A DNA stretch of 64,000 bases, taken from assembly GCA_963736115.1 (NCBI GenBank), contig CAVTNR010000014.1, positions 32,001-96,000 of the forward strand. Direction: 5' to 3'. Both the position numbers and the translations under genes were made by a program. Of the stretch, positions 1 through 10,289 are shown one piece after another. The stretch is from an uncultured bacterium. Its GTDB lineage: Bacteria > Zhuqueibacterota > QNDG01 > DTFT01. How positions within the stretch are numbered: the first letter of the stretch is position 1; every line of letters begins with the position of its first letter. The notes beneath the pieces were generated by a model. It made no database searches. It was given only the letters and a program-made list of their open reading frames with translations, and had not been told where the DNA came from.

Positions 1-348
1 GAGCGGGGCGCCTGCTTCGGCTATCACAACCTCGTGGTCGACATGCGGTCGCTGCAGATCATGCGGGGCCTCGGGTACCCGGTGGTGTTCGACCCCACCC
101 ACGCCATCCGCATCTACGGCGTGTCCAGCGCGGATCCGAAGGGCGGCGCGCCGCAGTTTGTCCCGGGGCTTTCCCGCGCCGGCGTCGCCTCGGGCGTGGA
201 CGCGGTGTTCATCGAGACCCATCCGAACTGCCGGGAAGCGCTCTGCGACGCGGCCAGCATGTGGCCGCTCGACCGTCTCGAGGAACTGCTCGTTCAGCTG
301 AAGAAAATAGACGAACTGGTGAAGGGCATGGGGGAGATCCGGCTGTAA
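1..348 (+). CDS. kdsA: 3-deoxy-8-phosphooctulonate (Kdo8P) synthase, 5'-truncated by window edge
   Basis: Frame 1 reads ERGACFGYHNLVVDMRSL...VVFDPTHA...FIETHP...CD, the KdsA C-terminal motifs; upstream of kdsD/lpt genes. Confidence 0.92.
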   Translation, partial: ERGACFGYHNLVVDMRSLQIMRGLGYPVVFDPTHAIRIYGVSSADPKGGAPQFVPGLSRAGVASGVDAVFIETHPNCREALCDAASMWPLDRLEELLVQLKKIDELVKGMGEIRL

Positions 349-470
349 CGGAGACCGCCGCGGCGCGGCCTGCCGGCGGCGGATTTTGCCCGGTGACGGA
401 CGGAACGGCCTGATCGGCCGACCGCGGATGCGTCCCCGGAGTCCGGGCGACAGGAACAACAGGAGGACCG

Positions 471-1121
471 ATGAAAATATTTGTCGATACGGCCGTGCTG
501 GAGGAGGTTCAGGCCGCGAAAGCCATCGGCTGCGCGGACGGCGTGACCACCAACCCCACTCTGATTCAGAAGTCCGGCCGCGAGTTCAAGACCGTCATCC
601 GGGAGATGGCGGCTCTGATCGAGGGCCCGGTGCTGGCGGAGGTGATCAGCGAGGACCGGGACGGCATGGTGAAGGAAGGCGTCGAAATGGCCAAATGGGC
701 CCCGAACGTGGTGGTCAAGATCCCGATCACGCGGGCGGGACTGGAAGCCGTTGCCGTCCTGCGCCGGGAGGAGATCCGCACCGCCCTCACCCTCGTGTTC
801 TCGCCGACACAGGCCCTGCTCGCCGCGCGCGCGGGCGCGTCCATGATCTGCCCCTTCATCGGCCGCCTGGACGACATCGCGCAGAACGGGATGGATCTGA
901 TCCGGACCATCGTCGAGATGTACGCCAATTATCCGGACATCTCCACCGAGGTCGTGGTGGCCAGCATCCGGACGCCCAACCACGTGGTGGAGTCGGCTCT
1001 CGCCGGCGCCGATGCCGTGACCGTCCCTCCCAAGGTCATCGAACAGCTCATGCGGCATCCGCTGACGGACTCGGGCGTGCGCCAGTTCCTGGACGATTGG
1101 AAGAAAATCCGGCCGGCGTGA
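471..1121 (+). CDS. Transaldolase / fructose-6-phosphate aldolase (short type)
   Basis: MKIFVDTA, GVTTNPT, VVKIP, PFIGRLDD, ASIR motifs; AGGAGG RBS. Confidence 0.93.
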   Translation: MKIFVDTAVLEEVQAAKAIGCADGVTTNPTLIQKSGREFKTVIREMAALIEGPVLAEVISEDRDGMVKEGVEMAKWAPNVVVKIPITRAGLEAVAVLRREEIRTALTLVFSPTQALLAARAGASMICPFIGRLDDIAQNGMDLIRTIVEMYANYPDISTEVVVASIRTPNHVVESALAGADAVTVPPKVIEQLMRHPLTDSGVRQFLDDWKKIRPA

Positions 1122-1147
1122 CTTCCGGCCGGCCGGACGGGAAAACC

Positions 1148-2125
1148 ATGACGGAATCGAAGAAAAACAGCATCGAATGGGGACGGGAAGCCGTCCGGAT
1201 CGAGGCCCGCGCCGTGGCGGCCCTCGAGGCGCGCATCGGCGCTTCGTTTGCCGCGGCGGTGGATATCCTCATGAACTGCCGGGGCCGCGTCATCGTCACC
1301 GGAATGGGCAAGTCCGGAATCATCGCCCGGAAAATTTCGTCCACCCTGACCTCCACGGGAGTGGCCGCTTATTTCCTTCATCCGGCCGAGGGCGTGCACG
1401 GCGACATCGGGGCGGTTCTGAAGGACGATGCGGTCATCGCCGTTTCGAAAAGCGGCAGCACCGAGGAGCTCCTGCGCATCCTCCCGGTGTTCAAGCGCCG
1501 GAACTGCCCCATCATCGCGATCACGGGCAATCCGGATTCGCCGCTGGCCCGGCAGAGCGACGCGGTTCTCGATGTGGCCGTGGAGGAGGAGGCGTGCCCG
1601 CACGACCTCGTGCCCTCGTCCAGCACCACGGCCCAGATGGCCATGGGGGACGCGCTCGCCATCGCCCTGCTCCAGCAGCGGGGATTCAGCGCCGGGGATT
1701 TCGCCGAACTGCACCCGGCGGGCAGCCTCGGCGCGCGCCTGCTCCTGCGCGTCGACGATGTGATGCGAACGGGCCGGGACATGGCCGCGGTGCGGGAAGA
1801 CACGCCCCTGGCCCGGACCATACTCGAGATCACGTCGAAGCGGCTGGGCGCCACCTGCGTTCTGAACGATGCCGGTGCGCTGTCCGGAATCGTCACGGAC
1901 GGCGACCTGCGCCGGCTTCTGGAGAAAGGCGGCGATATCCGCGGCCTGGCCGCGAAGGATATCATGACGGCCGGACCCAAATGCATCCGTACCGGCATTC
2001 TGGCGGCCGCGGCCCTGCACGCGATGGAATCGCACAGCGTCAACCAGCTGATCGTTCTGGATGAATCGGGCCGCCCCGCGGGCATGGTGCACATCCACGA
2101 CCTGCTGAAGGCAGGCGTGGCATGA
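1148..2125 (+). CDS. kdsD: Arabinose-5-phosphate isomerase KdsD/KpsF (SIS + 2 CBS domains)
   Basis: VTGMGKSG, LHPAEGVHGDIG, SKSG, LHPAGSLG, GIVTDGDLRR, IHDLLKAG; start set to ATG 1148. Confidence 0.95.
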   Translation: MTESKKNSIEWGREAVRIEARAVAALEARIGASFAAAVDILMNCRGRVIVTGMGKSGIIARKISSTLTSTGVAAYFLHPAEGVHGDIGAVLKDDAVIAVSKSGSTEELLRILPVFKRRNCPIIAITGNPDSPLARQSDAVLDVAVEEEACPHDLVPSSSTTAQMAMGDALAIALLQQRGFSAGDFAELHPAGSLGARLLLRVDDVMRTGRDMAAVREDTPLARTILEITSKRLGATCVLNDAGALSGIVTDGDLRRLLEKGGDIRGLAAKDIMTAGPKCIRTGILAAAALHAMESHSVNQLIVLDESGRPAGMVHIHDLLKAGVA

Positions 2126-2772
2126 CGCGTTCCGCCGGTCCGCCGGCGGCGTTCCGGACGCTTTTCGCCCTCGCCGCCTGTCTCGCCGTGTTCTGCGGCG
2201 GCGGGCCCGAAAAGCAGGACAGCCCCGGCCACGCGGTTCCGGAATCCGAACCGCCCTCGCAGGAAAGCTGGAATTCCGCCCTGACTCTGTCGCGGGCGGG
2301 AAAACCCCAGGCCGTGATCCGTTACGGCCACATGGCGCAGTACGACAGCCGGCGCATGGCGTATTTCGACGGCGGCGTGTCGGTGGACTTTTTCGACGCG
2401 GAGGGACGGCACACCTCCGTGCTGACGTCCGACCGTGGGGAGTACAATTCCGCCACCGAGGAAGTGAGGGCCATCCGCAACGTGGTTGTGGTGTCGGACA
2501 CGGGCGTCACGCTCCGGACGGCCTTTCTCCGGTGGGATCCGCGCGTGGAGAAGATCCTGTCGGATTCGGCGGTGACCGTCACGACGCAGGACGCGGACAC
2601 CCTCTTCGGAACCGGATTCGAGTCCGCCTCCGATCTGAGCCACTGGATGATCCGAAAGCCCACCGGCTCGACGGTCAGGCGCGTGGACGTCGAAAAGGCA
2701 GAGTCCGGCTTCCGGAATGCGCCGGCCGTGGATTCCTCCGCCTCTGCTCCGGAGGATGGTAAGGGAACGTGA
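2122..2772 (+). CDS. lptC: LPS export ABC transporter periplasmic protein LptC
   Basis: N-terminal signal, beta-jellyroll-like sequence (V.FFD..G...S.LTSD.G.Y; L.WD; G.GFES); position between kdsD and lptB. Confidence 0.82.
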   Translation: MTRSAGPPAAFRTLFALAACLAVFCGGGPEKQDSPGHAVPESEPPSQESWNSALTLSRAGKPQAVIRYGHMAQYDSRRMAYFDGGVSVDFFDAEGRHTSVLTSDRGEYNSATEEVRAIRNVVVVSDTGVTLRTAFLRWDPRVEKILSDSAVTVTTQDADTLFGTGFESASDLSHWMIRKPTGSTVRRVDVEKAESGFRNAPAVDSSASAPEDGKGT

Positions 2773-3965
2773 AGCGAATGCGCGCGTCCGGCGACAGACC
2801 AGCCGTCCGGAAAATGAACGGATTCCGCCAACCGATCACAGCGGTGCTTCTGACAGCCGCGCTTTGGGTCGGAACGCGGCCCGCTGCCGCGGACGTTCAG
2901 ACGGACCCACTCCGGCTGGTGGCGGCCGAACGGATGGAAAACGCGATGGAGAACGGCAAGGCCGTCCGCAGTCTGATCGGCGGCGTTCGGCTGGTTCAGG
3001 GGCCGTGCTTCCTGGAATGCGACGCGGCCTCCTGGGTCGAGAATGAGGCGTATCTCCGGCTGGCCGGACGCGTCCGGATTTTCGACGGAAAGCGGACGCT
3101 CGATGCCGATGAAGTGGAATACTTCGGCGAATCGAAGACGGAGCGGGCGTCCGGCCGCGCGTCCCTGCGGTCCGGATCCAGGCGGCTGACAGCGGACCGC
3201 ATCCATTATCGGCAGATTGAGGAACAGGCCGAGGCCGCCGGACGCGTCACGGTGTCGGACACGACCGAGCTTGTCCGCCTCGAATCGGATTCGGCGTTCT
3301 ACGACCGGAAGCGGGATTACGGACGGGTCTGGGGCCGGCCGAGGCTGATCCGATCCGACACGACGGCCGCCGGAAATGAATGGCGTCTCAGCGGCATCCG
3401 GATGGAGATGTGGGGAGCGGAAAGGCGCACCACGGTTACGGACAGCGTCCGCATCGAACAGGACGGACTCGGGGCCGACGCCGGCGCCGCCGAATATCGG
3501 TCCGGAGAGGAACTGCTGATACTGACCCGATCGCCCCGGGTGACGCAGCCCGGACGCATCATCACAGGCGACTCCATGGCCATCCGGATTCAAGGCGCCC
3601 GTTTCGCGGGCGGCGGTATTTTCGGCAGGGCCGGTATCGTGTCCGAGGACAGCGCCGGACGGGACGTGCTGAAGGGCGGCCGGATATTCATAACGGCGCG
3701 GGGTGACACGCTGGAACGCGTCGTGGTCGAGGAACGGGCCGAGAGCGCCTTCCGCGTTTCAGACGAGAACGGACGGCCCCAGGGCGTCAACGAAGCGTCG
3801 GGGGACCGCATCCTCATCGAATTCGACGGCAATAAACTGCTCAGCGTGGAGGTCGAAAGCCGGCCCGCCTCCTCGATGGGGGTGTTTAAGCCCCAGGATA
3901 CGCCGGCCCGTCCGGGCGCAACGCCGCGGGTGGAAGAGCCGGAACAGGATCAGCCGGATGGATGA
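2769..3965 (+). CDS. LptA/OstA-like beta-jellyroll protein (start may be about 2813)
   Basis: Signal peptide, repeated L.AD...Y / A.G.V OstA-type units; between lptC and lptB. Confidence 0.75.
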   Translation: MKRMRASGDRPAVRKMNGFRQPITAVLLTAALWVGTRPAAADVQTDPLRLVAAERMENAMENGKAVRSLIGGVRLVQGPCFLECDAASWVENEAYLRLAGRVRIFDGKRTLDADEVEYFGESKTERASGRASLRSGSRRLTADRIHYRQIEEQAEAAGRVTVSDTTELVRLESDSAFYDRKRDYGRVWGRPRLIRSDTTAAGNEWRLSGIRMEMWGAERRTTVTDSVRIEQDGLGADAGAAEYRSGEELLILTRSPRVTQPGRIITGDSMAIRIQGARFAGGGIFGRAGIVSEDSAGRDVLKGGRIFITARGDTLERVVVEERAESAFRVSDENGRPQGVNEASGDRILIEFDGNKLLSVEVESRPASSMGVFKPQDTPARPGATPRVEEPEQDQPDG

Positions 3966-4731
3966 AACGAAAATGAAGCCGAGCTCCGTGCTCGAGGCGG
4001 AGAACCTTTCCAAAAGCTACCGCGGCAGGCGCGTGGTGGACGGCGTCTCCGTGCAGGTCCGGAACGGCGAGATCGTGGGCCTGCTCGGGCCCAACGGCGC
4101 CGGAAAAACCACCACTTTTTACATGATCACCGGCATGATCCGGCCGAATGCGGGTGTGATCCGGTACGACGGCCGCGACATCACCGGATTCCCGATGTAC
4201 CAGCGGGCCCGGCTGGGCATCGGGTATCTGAGCCAGGAGCCGTCCATCTTCCGCCGCATGACCGTCGAGGAGAACATCCTGGCCATCCTGGAAACCCTCG
4301 GCATCGACAAAGCCGAGCAGAAGCGCCGGCTCGAGAAACTCCTGGATGAACTATCCATCGCCAGGCTGGCGAAACAGAAATCCTACACGCTCTCCGGCGG
4401 CGAGCGCCGCCGCCTGGAGATCACGCGGGCTCTCGTCACGGATCCGGCCTTCATTCTACTCGACGAGCCGTTCGCCGGCGTGGATCCCATCGCGGTGGAG
4501 GATATCCAGAACATCGTGCGCCATCTCAAGAGCCGCGGGATCGGCATTCTCATGACCGATCACAACGTCCATGAAACCCTTTCCATTACGGACCGGTCCT
4601 ATCTGCTCTTCGAGGGCCGGATCCTGAAATCGGGAACGTCCGAGTTCCTGGCCAACGACGAGGAGGCCCGGAAGATCTATCTCGGACAACAGTTCCGCCT
4701 GGACCGTTATTCGGAGACCGTTTCGCCATGA
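3958..4731 (+). CDS. lptB: LPS export ABC transporter ATP-binding protein (start 3958 or 3973)
   Basis: GPNGAGKTT, LSGGERRR, LLDEPFAGVDP, TDHNV, YLG. Confidence 0.96.
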   Translation: MDETKMKPSSVLEAENLSKSYRGRRVVDGVSVQVRNGEIVGLLGPNGAGKTTTFYMITGMIRPNAGVIRYDGRDITGFPMYQRARLGIGYLSQEPSIFRRMTVEENILAILETLGIDKAEQKRRLEKLLDELSIARLAKQKSYTLSGGERRRLEITRALVTDPAFILLDEPFAGVDPIAVEDIQNIVRHLKSRGIGILMTDHNVHETLSITDRSYLLFEGRILKSGTSEFLANDEEARKIYLGQQFRLDRYSETVSP

Positions 4732-6158
4732 TTCAAATCAGCCAGAGGCTCTCCCTTCAGCAGAAACAGAGCCCACAACAGGTCCTGCTTTCCACCCTGC
4801 TGCAACTGCCCGTCCTGCGTCTCGAGCAGCGTATCAAGCAGGAGCTCGAGTTGAATCCCCTCCTCGAACTGGAGGAGGAAATCGTGATGGAGGAGGAGCA
4901 GGAGCTCGAGGAGAAGGAAGAGGAGGAGGATGAGGAGGAGGATGCCGTCGATCCCGTCGAAAAGGAGCCCGAGCTCCAGGAGAAGGAGGAAATCGACTGG
5001 GACACCATCCTCAACGACGACGACAACTATGAGATCAAGCTGCCGCGGGAACAACCCGAGGAGGATATCGAGCACCCGGAGCCGGCCCCCGTCACTCTGA
5101 TGGACCACCTTCTGGAGCAGCTGCGCCTGGCGCCCCTGTCGCCGTCCGATATGCAGATCGGCGAGTACCTGTTGTGGTGCATCGATGACGTCGGATACCT
5201 GACCTGCGACCTGGAATCCGTGGCCGAGCAGTTCAATATCGAGGTCGAGGCCGTCGAACAGGTGCTCAAGGTGATCCAGCGGTTCGATCCGGTCGGCATC
5301 GGGGCCCGCACCCTGCGCGAGTGTCTCCTGATCCAGCTCGAAGAGAAGACGCCCCGCGACGAGATGGCGATCCGCATGCTGGAGGAGTGCTACGAGGACT
5401 TCTCGAACAAGCGGTTCGAAAAGATCGCGAAGAAGCTCGACCTCTCGCTCGATCAGGTGAAGCGCATCATGGATGCGGTCGCGAAGCTGAATCCCAAGCC
5501 CGGCGAGAGGAACGTCGCCGCCGCCGAGAACATCATCGTGCCCGACGTGGTCGTCCAGAACGACGACGGCAAGCTCGAGGTGACCCTGAACGACTGGAAC
5601 ATGCCGCGGCTCCGCATAAACGAATCCTACAAGCAGCTGCTGAAGGAGAAGGACCGGGTCAATAAGGAGACTCGGGACTATATCCGGCAGAGGCTCGAGT
5701 CGGCCCGGTGGCTCATCAATTCCATCTACCAGCGTCGTTCGACCATCCTGCGCGTCATGGAGTCCATCGTCAAGCATCAGCGCGATTTTTTCGAAAAGGG
5801 CAAGGAGTTCCTCAGGCCGATGATCCTGAAGGATATCGCCGACGACGTCAGTCTGGACATCTCGACCGTGTCGCGGGTGACGAGCGGCAAGTACGTGCAG
5901 ACGGAATTTGGGATTTTCGAGCTGAAATACTTCTTCAGCGAGCGTATGGAAACCGCGGACGGCGAGGAAGTCTCCAATAAGCTGATCAAGGAAAAGATCC
6001 GTGAGATCATCAGCAAGGAGGATTCTCGGAATCCCTTAAACGACGAGGAAATCTCCGACATGCTGCGGAAGGACGGATTCATCGTGGCGCGCCGAACCGT
6101 AGCGAAATACCGGGAGCAGAGCATGATTCCCGTGGCGCGGCTGAGGCGGAATATTTAA
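4728..6158 (+). CDS. rpoN: RNA polymerase sigma-54 factor
   Basis: Q/L-rich N-terminus, DPVGIGAR, STVSR, RpoN box ARRTVAKYRE. Confidence 0.97.
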   Translation: MIQISQRLSLQQKQSPQQVLLSTLLQLPVLRLEQRIKQELELNPLLELEEEIVMEEEQELEEKEEEEDEEEDAVDPVEKEPELQEKEEIDWDTILNDDDNYEIKLPREQPEEDIEHPEPAPVTLMDHLLEQLRLAPLSPSDMQIGEYLLWCIDDVGYLTCDLESVAEQFNIEVEAVEQVLKVIQRFDPVGIGARTLRECLLIQLEEKTPRDEMAIRMLEECYEDFSNKRFEKIAKKLDLSLDQVKRIMDAVAKLNPKPGERNVAAAENIIVPDVVVQNDDGKLEVTLNDWNMPRLRINESYKQLLKEKDRVNKETRDYIRQRLESARWLINSIYQRRSTILRVMESIVKHQRDFFEKGKEFLRPMILKDIADDVSLDISTVSRVTSGKYVQTEFGIFELKYFFSERMETADGEEVSNKLIKEKIREIISKEDSRNPLNDEEISDMLRKDGFIVARRTVAKYREQSMIPVARLRRNI

Positions 6159-6159
6159 G

Positions 6160-6250
6160 GTTCATAGTTCATGGTTCATAGTTCATAGAAAAAGAAGTGC
6201 AGGTAAATCTTTTTTTTCCTCTTTTCAACCATGAACTATGAACTATGAAC
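6160..6250. repeat. Inverted heptamer-array element 1: (GTTCATR)x4 - AT-rich spacer - (YATGAAC)x3
   Basis: GTTCATA GTTCATG GTTCATA GTTCATA at 6160-6187; CATGAAC TATGAAC TATGAAC at 6230-6250. Confidence 0.92.
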
Positions 6251-6262
6251 TTCAGAATTTAA

Positions 6263-6838
6263 ATGGTAAAGAAAATGATCAGTGATTACGAATCCAGGAC
6301 AACCGCCCCGTTCCATGCCACCACCATCCTCGGCGTGCGGAAGAACGGCAAAACCGCGATCGGCGGAGACGGCCAGGTGACGCTCGGAGACACGATTGTC
6401 AAGGAAAAAGCCCGCAAGATCCGCCGTCTCTACAAGGACACCGTGCTGGCCGGATTCGCCGGTTCCACATCCGACGCTTTCGCGCTTTTCGAGAAGTTCG
6501 AGAAGACACTCGAACAGACGCGCGGCAATCTGACCCGAGCCGCAGTGGAACTCGGAAAGGAGTGGCGCACGGACAAATACCTGCGGCGGCTGGAGGCCAT
6601 GCTCGTGGTGGCGGACCGGAGCGGTATTCTGCTGATTTCCGGTTCCGGGGACATCATCGAACCGGATGACGGCCTGGTGGCCATCGGCTCCGGCGGGCCC
6701 TATGCGCTGGCCGCCGGCCGCGCGCTTCTCAAGCACACGGACCTGGACGCCGCCGGTGTCATCAAGGAGTCCCTGCTGATCGCCTCCCGCATCTGCATCT
6801 ACACCAACGATTCGATTCTGGTCGAGGAGATGGGATGA
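6263..6838 (+). CDS. hslV: ATP-dependent protease subunit HslV (short propeptide; start 6263 or 6275)
   Basis: [45 protein letters not shown]. Confidence 0.96.
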   Translation: MVKKMISDYESRTTAPFHATTILGVRKNGKTAIGGDGQVTLGDTIVKEKARKIRRLYKDTVLAGFAGSTSDAFALFEKFEKTLEQTRGNLTRAAVELGKEWRTDKYLRRLEAMLVVADRSGILLISGSGDIIEPDDGLVAIGSGGPYALAAGRALLKHTDLDAAGVIKESLLIASRICIYTNDSILVEEMG

Positions 6839-8243
6839 CCGCCGCCCGTAAATCCGCGGACACCGGCCGGGAACGGCACGAATCCCTGACGCCGACGAGA
6901 ATCGTCGCCGAGCTGGACAAGTACATCATCGGACAGGCCAAGGCCAAGAAGATGGTGGCCATCGCTCTCCGGAACCGCTGGCGGCGCATGCAGGTGCCCG
7001 AGGAACTGCGCGAAGAGATCATGCCCAACAACATCATCCTGATCGGACCGACCGGCGTGGGAAAGACCGAGATCGCGCGCCGGCTGGCAAGGCTGGCCGA
7101 TGCGCCCTTCATCAAGGTCGAGGCCTCGAAGTTCACCGAAGTGGGCTACGTGGGTCGTGACGTGGAATCCATCATCCGCGATCTCACCGACCTGGCCGTG
7201 TCCATGGTGAAGTCCGAATGGACCGAAGCGGTGCGAGGCCAAGGCCGAGGCCCTGGCCGAAGAGCGTCTGCTCGACCTGCTGTTCCCGAGGCCGAAGCCC
7301 CGCGCAAGGGGCGAATCACCGAACGGCGCCGAGAAAAACGGAGAGGAGCCGGAAGAGGAGCGGGCCGCGAGGACGCGCGAAAAGCTGAAGAAAAGCTCGC
7401 CGACGGCAAGCTGGAGGACCGCGTCGTCGAGATCGACGTGTCCGCCGAGTCTTTTCCCATGCTCCAGATTTTTTCGCCGATCGGCATCGAGGAAATGGGA
7501 CTCAACATGCAGGAGCTTTTCGGCGGCATGATGCCGCCCAAGCGCAAGAAGCGGAAGATGCCGGTGGCCGAGGCGCGGGAGGTGATCGTCGCAGAGGAAG
7601 TGCAGAAGCTCATCGATATGGAGAAGGTGGTGGACGAGGCCATTCTGCGCGTCGAGGAGTCGGGCATCGTCTTTCTCGACGAGATCGACAAGATCGCGGG
7701 AAAGAGCGAGGGCGCCGGCCCCGATGTTTCCCGCGAGGGTGTGCAGCGCGACATCCTGCCCGTGGTCGAGGGCACGAACGTTCTGACCAAGTACGGCTGG
7801 TGCGCACCGACCACATCCTGTTTATCGCCTCCGGCGCTTTTCACGTTTCGAAGCCCTCGGACCTGATCCCGGAACTGCAGGGCCGCTTTCCCATCCGGGT
7901 CGAGCTTGAAAGCCTGACCCGGGAGGACTTCGTCCGCATCCTGACCGAACCGGAGAACGCGCTCATCAAGCAATACACCGCCCTGCTCGCCACTGAAAGC
8001 GTTAAAATCGAATTTACGCCCGAGGCGATAGTCGCCATCGCGGATACGGCCTGCGACGTCAACGAGCGCACGGAAAATATCGGCGCGCGGCGGCTGCACA
8101 CCATTATGAGCCTGCTGCTCGAGGACGTTCTTTTCGAGACCCCGGAGAAAAAGACGCGTTTCATCCGGGTCACCCCGAGGGAGGTCCACAAGCGTCTGAA
8201 GCGCATCGTCGAGAACCAGGATCTGACGAAGTACATACTATGA
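6835..8243 (+). CDS. hslU: ATP-dependent protease ATPase HslU, interrupted by three single-base frameshifts (about 7236, 7392, 7798), probably sequence errors
   Basis: [55 protein letters not shown]; conserved [14 protein letters not shown] lies in the +1 frame at 7241-7390. Confidence 0.93.
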
Positions 8244-9334
8244 AGAAACCGGCTGACCCGGGTTCCGGAAAGCCCATGCGTTTCATCCTGGTGGATGTTT
8301 TCGCCGAGGCGCCGTACGCGGGAAATCAGCTCGCGGTCGTAATCGGCGGGGAACACCTCGCGACGGACGCGATGCAGGCGGTCGCCCGGGAACTGAACTT
8401 TTCCGAGACCAGCTTCATTCTGTCCGGCGGTTCCGGATCGGAATTTTCCGCCCGTCCATCCGAGGCGTCCGCCTTATTCGTTGCTGGAGATCCTCCGCTG
8501 TCTGCGGCGGCCGCATTCGATCGGGCTGTTAAAAGCCCGTCCCTGGAATCCGGTGAAAGCGAACCGCATCCTCGGGCTTTTGACAGCCGCGACAAGTCGG
8601 CTTTGCCTCCATGCCCGGAGTCGGCGGAATTCGACGTCCGCATCTTCACGCCCGCCGAGGAGGTACCCTTCGCCGGCCATCCCGTACTGGGGACGGTCCA
8701 TGTGCTACGGACCGAGGGTGCGGCCGGGCTGACTTCGCCCGTGACGCTTAATCTGAAAGCCGGACGGATCCCCGTCCGTTTCGGGGCGGGGGAAGAGCCG
8801 GATGTGTACTGGATGGATCAGCTCGAACCGGTTTTCGGCGGTCTGATTCCCGCGGAACAGGCCGCTGCGGTGGTGGGTCTTTCGCCGGACGATCTGGACC
8901 TTCGGTTTCCCGTCCAGGAGGTGTCCACCGGGCTTCCCCATGTAATTGTCCCGCTGAAAAACCTCGACGGTCTCCGGCGGGCACAGTCCGTGCGCGACCG
9001 GTATCTCGAATTCGTCCGGAAACGCGAGGCCAAGGCCGTGCTCGTCTTCTGCACGGAGACGCATGAACCCGGGAACGACGTGAGTACGCGCATGTTCGCC
9101 GACGCCTTTGGTATCACGGAGGATCCGGCGACGGGAAGCGGCAACGGCTGCCTGGCGGCCTATCTGGTCCGCCACCGGGTATTCGGAAAATCAAGCCTGT
9201 CCGTCCGTTCGGAGCAGGGATACGAGATCGGTCGGCCCTCGCTGCTCCGCCTGGAGGCGGAGGAGAAGGACGGCCGCATACGCGTGTCCGTGGGGGGACG
9301 GGCGTTCACCGTGGCCCGGGGGGAGTTCGACTGA
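8240..9334 (+). CDS. PhzF-family isomerase with about 60-aa in-frame insertion
   Basis: VDVF...[47 protein letters not shown]. Confidence 0.92.
   Translation: MKKPADPGSGKPMRFILVDVFAEAPYAGNQLAVVIGGEHLATDAMQAVARELNFSETSFILSGGSGSEFSARPSEASALFVAGDPPLSAAAAFDRAVKSPSLESGESEPHPRAFDSRDKSALPPCPESAEFDVRIFTPAEEVPFAGHPVLGTVHVLRTEGAAGLTSPVTLNLKAGRIPVRFGAGEEPDVYWMDQLEPVFGGLIPAEQAAAVVGLSPDDLDLRFPVQEVSTGLPHVIVPLKNLDGLRRAQSVRDRYLEFVRKREAKAVLVFCTETHEPGNDVSTRMFADAFGITEDPATGSGNGCLAAYLVRHRVFGKSSLSVRSEQGYEIGRPSLLRLEAEEKDGRIRVSVGGRAFTVARGEFD
8524..8588. repeat. 16-bp inverted repeat (MITE-like) inside the PhzF insertion
   Basis: GGCTGTTAAAAGCCCG (8524-8539) vs CGGGCTTTTGACAGCC (8573-8588), 15/16 complementary. Confidence 0.7.
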
Positions 9335-9356
9335 TCGATATTGCACAGGAGGATTC

Positions 9357-10271
9357 ATGAAACGTGATTTTATGGACATCATTGATTTGTCGACCGACGA
9401 GATCCGCCAGCTGTTCCGGCTGGCCGTGGACCTTAAAAAGAAGCAGAAAAAGGGGAAGGCCCATCCGATTCTCAAGGGCAAAACCCTGGCGATGATATTC
9501 CAAAAGCCCTCGACTCGGACCCGCATCTCATTCGAAACCGGCATGGTGCAGCTCGGCGGGCACGCGATCTACATTTCTCCGGACGAAATGGGGCTGGGCA
9601 AGCGCGAGACCGCGGCGGATGTGGCGCGGGTGCTGTCCCGGTACAATGACGGCATCATGGCTCGGGTGTTCTCGCATGACCTGCTCACGGAACTGGCCCG
9701 GCACGCCTCCATCCCCGTGATCAACGGACTCTCCGACTGGTCGCATCCCTGCCAGATTCTGGGGGACATGCTGACCATTCTCGAGCACCGCGGCGCATTT
9801 GACGGTCTCAAGGTGGCCTGGATCGGAGACGGGAACAATGTGGCGCATTCGTGGATACACATGGCCATGCGCGTCCCCATGGAACTGGTCCTCGCCTGCC
9901 CGGCGGGATTCGATCCGGACAAGGACCTGGTGGCGAAGGCGAATGACGCGAAAATCAGCAGGGTCCGTATCGTGCGGAATCCGCTGGAGGCCGCGGACGA
10001 GGCCGACGTGCTGTACACCGACGTCTGGGCGAGCATGGGGCAGGAGAAGGAGGCCGCCCGGCGCAAAAAGGCGTTCCGGAACTTTCAGGTGAACGACCGG
10101 CTGGTCGAGAAAGCCAAGCCGAACGTGCTGGTCATGCACTGCCTGCCGGCCCACCGGGGCGAGGAGATATCCGAATCCGTGCTGGAAGGGCCGCGATCCA
10201 TCGTCTTCGACGAAGCCGAAAACCGCCTGCACATCCAGAAGGCGATTCTGGTCACGCTGATGAAGAAATAA
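9357..10271 (+). CDS. argF: Ornithine carbamoyltransferase
   Basis: STRTR, HPCQ, GDGNNV, DVWASMG, HCLP, EAENRLH; AGGAGG RBS. Confidence 0.96.
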   Translation: MKRDFMDIIDLSTDEIRQLFRLAVDLKKKQKKGKAHPILKGKTLAMIFQKPSTRTRISFETGMVQLGGHAIYISPDEMGLGKRETAADVARVLSRYNDGIMARVFSHDLLTELARHASIPVINGLSDWSHPCQILGDMLTILEHRGAFDGLKVAWIGDGNNVAHSWIHMAMRVPMELVLACPAGFDPDKDLVAKANDAKISRVRIVRNPLEAADEADVLYTDVWASMGQEKEAARRKKAFRNFQVNDRLVEKAKPNVLVMHCLPAHRGEEISESVLEGPRSIVFDEAENRLHIQKAILVTLMKK

Positions 10272-10289
10272 AGGCGTTCCATCCGACCG

